Of a DNA stretch of 64,000 nt, positions 58,608 to 64,000 are shown one piece after another. The position numbers and the translations under genes were made by a program. A model generated the notes under the pieces. It searched no databases. It was given only the letters and a program-made list of their open reading frames with translations, and was not told the origin of the DNA. Source of the stretch: a virus; the IMG/VR virus record IMGVR_UViG_3300047409_000726, positions 1-64,000 of that record, one strand, 5' to 3'. Each line of letters starts with the position of its first letter. Within the stretch, counting starts at the first letter, position 1.

Positions 58608-59017
58608 TTGCCCCACGTTGCCAGCGTTGCCACAGTTCCGACGACGAGGCTCACGACCGTGAACACGCCGACTGCTTTATCGAGCTTGGTTGTCGTGGGC
58701 GGTGTGATCGTTCCGGCACCTTCGGGAGCGTCGTCCGGTAAGTAGATACCGCTCGTGCGGAAACATCCTTGCACGAAATTTCCTTGCGCGTCGCGGCTCC
58801 AAGCGCGCGGCTCGACACGAATGAGCGTCGTCACGCCGGGAAGCGGATAGCTTTCGGTGACGCCGAGCGGGATGTTCGTGTCGGCGGCGAGAGCGGCGGC
58901 TCGTTTTGAAAGTCCGTCAGGGATCGGACCCTCGGCGTCGGTCCACGATCTCCAGCCGTCAGGTGGCGCCACGTGCGAGCATTGCGCCGCGAGCTCGGGG
59001 CCAGCGCCAAATTGCAT
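58604..59017 (-). CDS. C-terminally anchored membrane protein
   Basis: C-terminal TM; shares PP.GWR with 8736-9158. Confidence 0.55.
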   Translation of the reverse strand: MQFGAGPELAAQCSHVAPPDGWRSWTDAEGPIPDGLSKRAAALAADTNIPLGVTESYPLPGVTTLIRVEPRAWSRDAQGNFVQGCFRTSGIYLPDDAPEGAGTITPPTTTKLDKAVGVFTVVSLVVGTVATLATWGK

Positions 59018-59275
59018 CGCCCCTCAGTCTACGTGCGTCGTCTTGACACGTCTAGGCGGCTCGGTGCAGTATACCAAAAGTCTACCGAAAGGTGTCCCAA
59101 CGGTGCACGTAGCGACGAAGACCAAGCGTGCGGTCGTCAAACTGACTCCTGAGCAATATCGAGCTATTGAGCAACGCGCAGCGCGGTGCGGGGTGCGCAT
59201 GACGGCGTGGATGAGATCGATATTGCTACAGGCCGCAGCCGGCAAACGGATTCGAGAACCGAGTGGAGCGCTCAT

Positions 59276-59884
59276 ATGATCTGGCAAATCATCGGCATCA
59301 TTTCGGTCATCGTCATAGGGCTTGCGTGGGCGCACGCCGAGCGCCGCGCTCGTCGAGCCGAGGCTCGAGTGCGTCAACTCACCGCACCGAAACCGAGTCC
59401 GGCTCAGGCGAAAATGATGGGTCTCGAGAGCCCCGGCGATCAGAAGGTACCGATCACGGTACGAGATTGGGATGCGCTGAAGCGCGCTCTTTGGCGTTCG
59501 AAGATCGTCCTCGAGATTGCCGAACGTCAGGCGAGCGTCATCCTCGAGCAGTGCTCGCACATGCCCCTCTGTCCTGGCAAGACGAGCGAAACCGAGCCGT
59601 GTTTCAAGGGCTGCGTCGATCGTGAGAAACGCTTGAGCGCGTGTGTCATTCTGGCTGCCGCAAGACAATTGACCGCAGCCGTCAATGCCCGCAAGCCCCC
59701 GGACGGCCCGTACTACGCGCCGACCCGCGAGTATTTCAGCGAGACGTTGTCGGCCCTTGCGGCAGCGCAGGTGGAGATCGAGATCCTGCGGGCGGCCTTG
59801 CGAGGAGAGGGTGTTGACTCGCTAGACATCGCGCTTACATTGAACCCGCCATCGACGCCGGCACAACTCGAGGAGCCCAAGTGA
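59276..59884 (+). CDS. Membrane-anchored hypothetical protein
   Basis: N-terminal TM; Cys cluster. Confidence 0.5.
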   Translation: MIWQIIGIISVIVIGLAWAHAERRARRAEARVRQLTAPKPSPAQAKMMGLESPGDQKVPITVRDWDALKRALWRSKIVLEIAERQASVILEQCSHMPLCPGKTSETEPCFKGCVDREKRLSACVILAAARQLTAAVNARKPPDGPYYAPTREYFSETLSALAAAQVEIEILRAALRGEGVDSLDIALTLNPPSTPAQLEEPK

Positions 59885-60264
59885 AATTCATTCCCAGAAA
59901 CGACCACATCGTCGGCCGCATGATGATCAAGCGGTCGGACTCGACGATCATTCTGAACGACGCAACGAAGGTCACGAAGTACGTGTTCGTCGACGCCGTC
60001 GGTCCCGGCGCCGCAGAGAAGGGGATCAAGGTGGGCGACGTCGTGGTGATCACGAAGCTCATGAGCATCGTGCAAGACGCCGGGCGAGTTTACATTCCGT
60101 TCTGTGAAGAGAAAGACGTGGCGCTCTTCGCGACGGACGTGGACATCGAGAAAGATCTCTTGATACAAGTCCCGAGCGGTAGAGAGTTCGTTGCGTTCGA
60201 TCACGACCAGGCGATGCAGTCGGTCGGCGTTGACCCGGCGGTGCGCGAAGATAAGGCGGCGTGA
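59881..60264 (+). CDS. GroES-like co-chaperonin
   Basis: MKF.P..DHI, IIL.D, V.AVGPG, IKVGDVV. Confidence 0.7.
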   Translation: MKFIPRNDHIVGRMMIKRSDSTIILNDATKVTKYVFVDAVGPGAAEKGIKVGDVVVITKLMSIVQDAGRVYIPFCEEKDVALFATDVDIEKDLLIQVPSGREFVAFDHDQAMQSVGVDPAVREDKAA

Positions 60265-60887
60265 TGCAAGGCAACCCCTTGCTGCGAGATGGTTGCGCGT
60301 GCCGCGCCCCGACGACGCGTACGCGCCGTAACCCGTTCTTGCGTTCGGGGCGTGTGCTCGGAGCTTCGCGTCGTGGGCGCTCCGTAGAGCCGGTCGAGCT
60401 CGAGGGGCGCGAGCCCGGTTCGTCGTGCAGACCGTTCCTCATCGTCCAAAAGGATCCGGAGCGGTTCGCGGCGTGCAACGCGCTCGCCGACGAGATCGGC
60501 GAGCTCAACGATCCGAAGAAGGTGTTCAGGTTTCTCGAGGGCTACTTGAGCAATTCGCCCAACGAGGTCTTCGGCGTTTTGACGCTCGACCTTCATGGGC
60601 GCATGAAGGGATACGCGGAAACAGGACGCGGTGAGGCGTCGAGCGTGATGGCGCCCGTGCTTCCTACGCTCCGAGCGGCAGTACTCGGCGGCGGAGAGGG
60701 CGCGATCATTTTCCACTGTCACCCTTCCGGGATCGAAGCCGAACCAAGCGGCGCGGACAAGGACACGACGAAGGCGTTCGCCGACGCATTCGAATCGATC
60801 AGCATGCCGCTCATCGATCACATCATCGTCGGGGGCGACGCTCGAAGGCGCAGCTACTACTCGTTCGCAGAGGACGGAAAGCTATAA
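60261..60887 (+). CDS. RadC/JAB-domain protein with basic N-terminal extension
   Basis: E.F.VL.LD, HCHPSG..EPS.AD, LIDHIIVG, YYSF. Confidence 0.9.
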   Translation: MMQGNPLLRDGCACRAPTTRTRRNPFLRSGRVLGASRRGRSVEPVELEGREPGSSCRPFLIVQKDPERFAACNALADEIGELNDPKKVFRFLEGYLSNSPNEVFGVLTLDLHGRMKGYAETGRGEASSVMAPVLPTLRAAVLGGGEGAIIFHCHPSGIEAEPSGADKDTTKAFADAFESISMPLIDHIIVGGDARRRSYYSFAEDGKL

Positions 60888-60891
60888 ACAG

Positions 60892-61359
60892 ATGGCACGA
60901 GAAGAGACGATTCAGCAGTACATCGATCGGTCGGTGCCGCCCGATCCGCAGTTCCCGCGCCTCAGTCGCGTAGGCTCCATTTCACCGGTCGGCAAAGCAG
61001 AAGTGGTGCAGTGGATTTTGCACCACGACCACCCGCTTTCGCCCGGGTTCGTTGTCATGCGCATGTACCGCCGCCTCACCGGTATCAAGATCTACTCCGT
61101 GAGCACCAGCGGAGAGATGGGGCTCTTGAATTTTCTACCGATCGCTCAGGTGAGCCTCACCGAAGAGATCATGGGGCCGCCGATATTGCTCGCAGAGATC
61201 GCTGCCTGCGAGGCGGGCGAGGACGACAAGGAAGAGATCGACGACCCAGAAGAACCGGAAGGCGAAGACGATCCGGAAGACGGTGAAAAGGTCGATCGTC
61301 CAACACCCGCGCCTCAAGCCTCACCGCCCGCCACCTCGAACGGCCCGGCCGCATCCTGA
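60892..61359 (+). CDS. Hypothetical protein with acidic tail
   Basis: Clean ORF in operon. Confidence 0.5.
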   Translation: MAREETIQQYIDRSVPPDPQFPRLSRVGSISPVGKAEVVQWILHHDHPLSPGFVVMRMYRRLTGIKIYSVSTSGEMGLLNFLPIAQVSLTEEIMGPPILLAEIAACEAGEDDKEEIDDPEEPEGEDDPEDGEKVDRPTPAPQASPPATSNGPAAS

Positions 61360-61365
61360 GTCGCG

Positions 61366-62982
61366 ATGACCACGAAGAAGAGAGAGGATCGCGAGGGGAG
61401 GAACGCGCTGAACGTTCCGGCGCAAGAGGACGAGGCGGACATCGTCGACGAGGTGCGTGCCGAACAAGACGAAGAGACCGGTGAGCTCTCGGCAGACGCG
61501 GAACGAGTTCGCGAAGCAGGCGCGCTCGATCCTGCGAGTGTGCGTCAGAATCGCCACATAAATCGTGTCGCGGACAAGAAGCGCAAAGGCGAGAAGGTCT
61601 CGTTCGGCATCGACGATCCGATCGTGCTCTACGAAGCGCTCAACAAGGTGTGGCCTAACGACAAGGTGAACGTGCACGCACAGAATCTGGTTACCAGAGA
61701 GGTGCACATCATCCGAAGTCACCCTCGATCAGGCGCTGATCTCTACGAACTTCTGAGGGCGATTCACGGGCCGCGCGAAGCGCAAGAGTACAAAATCGAA
61801 TTTCGGAGCGCGTCTCGTCAGGAGTATCTCGGCATTGCGCGCCTCACGATGCCCGACGCCAGGCCATCGGGGCAACAGGGGCAACCGTCGTACTACCAGC
61901 CGCCTCCTCAATACTCGCCGCAATCGCCAGCCGCGCAGGCGGCGCCTGTGCCTCAACCAACTCCGACGTTCGTTATGCCTCCCCCCGGAGGCGATCCGAT
62001 GGCGATGGTTGGGCAGGTGTTCGACCTATTCCAACGCTTTCAGGCGCAGATGGCGCCGCAAGCCCAACCGCAGCAACACCCCAACGTGCCCAACGTGTTG
62101 CCGCCGCCGCCTCAGACATCCGATCCCGCGGCGATGATGAATTGGATGCAGCAGGCTTTCGGGATTTTCCAGCAGATGCAATTGGCCGCCAGAGGTCAGC
62201 CGCAGCCGCAGGCGCAACCTCAGGCGGCGCCACCGAGCGGTGCTCCGATGGGCATGCCGCCGTTCCAACCGCCCCCGGGCACAACGTGGGTGTACGTACC
62301 GAATGCGGGATGGGTTGCGCAAGCGCTCGGCGTCGGTGTCGGCAGCAGTGGCGCCCCGCCGCAACGAAGTCCGTTCCAGCGTCCGGCTTACTACCCGCAG
62401 GGCGATCCCAACGGCGGCGCCCCGCCGCAAGATCCTCGCTATCCACCGTACGGACAGCGCGTCGCGCCCGAGCGATCACCGATACAGGCGTTTCGAGAAT
62501 CCGTTTCCATGATGCGCGACGCGCGCAACGTCGCCCAAGAGTTCAGTGACATCTTCGGTGGGGGCGGCGGGCCGGAACCTCCCGAAGTCGCCGAGGACGA
62601 CGATGACAGCCCCATCAAGATCATCGAGACAGGGCACGGGAAACTCGCTGTCAACAGAAGCGACGGCGCGCTTCGTTGGGCCGAGACGGGACTCATGCTC
62701 CTCCCCGACGTGTTCAAGTGGATAGGCGAGCAGCACGACAAGATTCAGACGGCGCAACGTCAAAAACAGCAGCCGGCGCCACCGAGACGAGTGTTGGCGC
62801 CTGGTTACGTCGAAGTCGATCAGAACTACGTACCGCCAAAAGGTTACGTCGCTGTGCCCATCGAAGCTACGCAAGACGAGCTGCCGGAGCCGCCCCCGAA
62901 CGTGCCGCCTGCGATCGACGAACAAGAGGAAGAGCAGCAGCGCCCGGCTTGGGGCGCTCCGGTGATTCCGCAGAACGGCTAA
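61366..62982 (+). CDS. Pro/Gln-rich hypothetical protein
   Basis: 538 aa with a low-complexity centre and two short amphipathic repeats. Confidence 0.6.
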   Translation: MTTKKREDREGRNALNVPAQEDEADIVDEVRAEQDEETGELSADAERVREAGALDPASVRQNRHINRVADKKRKGEKVSFGIDDPIVLYEALNKVWPNDKVNVHAQNLVTREVHIIRSHPRSGADLYELLRAIHGPREAQEYKIEFRSASRQEYLGIARLTMPDARPSGQQGQPSYYQPPPQYSPQSPAAQAAPVPQPTPTFVMPPPGGDPMAMVGQVFDLFQRFQAQMAPQAQPQQHPNVPNVLPPPPQTSDPAAMMNWMQQAFGIFQQMQLAARGQPQPQAQPQAAPPSGAPMGMPPFQPPPGTTWVYVPNAGWVAQALGVGVGSSGAPPQRSPFQRPAYYPQGDPNGGAPPQDPRYPPYGQRVAPERSPIQAFRESVSMMRDARNVAQEFSDIFGGGGGPEPPEVAEDDDDSPIKIIETGHGKLAVNRSDGALRWAETGLMLLPDVFKWIGEQHDKIQTAQRQKQQPAPPRRVLAPGYVEVDQNYVPPKGYVAVPIEATQDELPEPPPNVPPAIDEQEEEQQRPAWGAPVIPQNG

Positions 62983-63240
62983 GCGCGTGCGTTATCGTAT
63001 CCTGATGAGCATCGAAGTTCGGGCGGCAGACGAGCGCCAAGCTCGAGAGCACGCGAAGAAACTCGGAGAGCTGCTCAAGTCGCCGCTCGTCAAAATGGCC
63101 GTCGAAGGAGAGGGCGTCGAGCTCGCAAACGGCGGAAGCCCCATCGTCTACCAGCCCAAAACACCGTCGTTTTTCGGGCTTCCCTAGACGAATACCGATC
63201 GTGCATCAGCCGCGACGCGAATTCGTGTAATCTTCTTGGT

Positions 63241-63891
63241 GTGCGCGTCATAGACCTCACTGGGCAACGGTTCGGGAGACTTCGCGTTCTCGGGCGAGTC
63301 GGTAGTCTACGAGGCGCGTTGTGGGAATGTTTATGCGATCCGGAATTTGGTGGTTGCGGCAACGTTACGCACGTTTGTTCCGGTGACCTTCGACGCAAAC
63401 GTCCTGTGCGTTCGTGCGGTTGCAATAGAGGAGGGTACGGAAGATTTTCCGCCACTCATGGGCATACGGTGGGAGAGCTTCGACTACACGGCGGATCTCC
63501 TGAGTATTGTTGTTGGCAATCGATGCTCCAACGGTGCAAAAACAAAAAAGCCCCAAGCTGGCGGCTGTACGGAGGGCGCGGTATTCGTGTTCACCAGGCT
63601 TGGATAGAAAGTTTTGAAGCGTTCTTGGAGTACATGGGCCCGAGACCGTCGATCGCATATTCTGTAGATCGGTTTCCGAACCAGAACGGAAACTACGAAC
63701 CAGGGAACGTGAGATGGGCTACCGCGAAGCAGCAAGGGCGCAATACACGCTCTTGCAAACTAACCGAAACGGACGCGGCTTTCGTTCGGCACTGGTGTGC
63801 TAGAGGATTCAGGGTCAAAGACATATCTGAAGCGTTCGGCGTTACCACGTCAACCATATCTGCGGTCAAATCTGGGAAAACTTGGGCATGA
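63241..63891 (+). CDS. HNH-type homing endonuclease
   Basis: DLTGQRFGRL, SCGC, YGGRGI.V, SVDR..NGNYEPGNVRWAT; C-terminal HTH. Confidence 0.9.
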   Translation: MRVIDLTGQRFGRLRVLGRVGSLRGALWECLCDPEFGGCGNVTHVCSGDLRRKRPVRSCGCNRGGYGRFSATHGHTVGELRLHGGSPEYCCWQSMLQRCKNKKAPSWRLYGGRGIRVHQAWIESFEAFLEYMGPRPSIAYSVDRFPNQNGNYEPGNVRWATAKQQGRNTRSCKLTETDAAFVRHWCARGFRVKDISEAFGVTTSTISAVKSGKTWA

Positions 63892-64000
63892 AAACCCATA
63901 CTGTTCAAGCAAATGAAACACCCGCGTCGATTGCAATTTTTTACGCCGGGTGCCCAAAATGTTCAGCGGATCTCATCAAATCGAATCCGCACAAAGAGTC

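Noticed and set aside
1-64000. tRNA/rRNA genes, IS transposases, reverse transcriptase/DGR, terminase, portal, capsid
   Set aside because: No recognisable motifs found by eye; absence needs confirmation with tRNAscan and HMM searches.

Overview
A 64-kb slice of a GC-rich (visually about 60-65%) bacteriophage or provirus genome. The host is probably a myxobacterium (inferred from a Gly-linker/Cys-rich lipoprotein and other myxobacteria-style proteins). Layout: (1-11 kb) spike/fibre proteins, a glycosylation cassette and membrane-anchored enzymes or lectins; (11-22.5 kb) Cre-like tyrosine recombinase, ThyX, dNMP kinase, MazG-like protein, a putative origin and a prim-pol/helicase; (22.7-40 kb) replication/recombination operon (PD-(D/E)XK exonuclease, two SF2 helicases, SSB-like protein, family A DNA polymerase, RuvC) followed by many small genes and dCMP deaminase; (40-42.8 kb) the standout locus; (43-64 kb) small genes, HNH endonucleases, modular leftward proteins, two DNA methyltransferases, GH25 lysin, small membrane proteins, GroES-like and RadC/JAB proteins. 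The standout locus is a solo Cas7/RAMP-like gene (41343-41987) flanked by four non-coding tracts with strict 5-nt periodicity (a fixed GC dinucleotide every fifth base, variable bases between; 26, 15, 21 and 34 pentamers). Each tract ends in a conserved GCAAAYCAAAG motif. This is a candidate non-CRISPR RNA-guided system with a gapped recognition code. No terminase, portal, capsid, tRNA or canonical CRISPR array was recognised. All protein calls come from motif recognition by eye, not from database searches.
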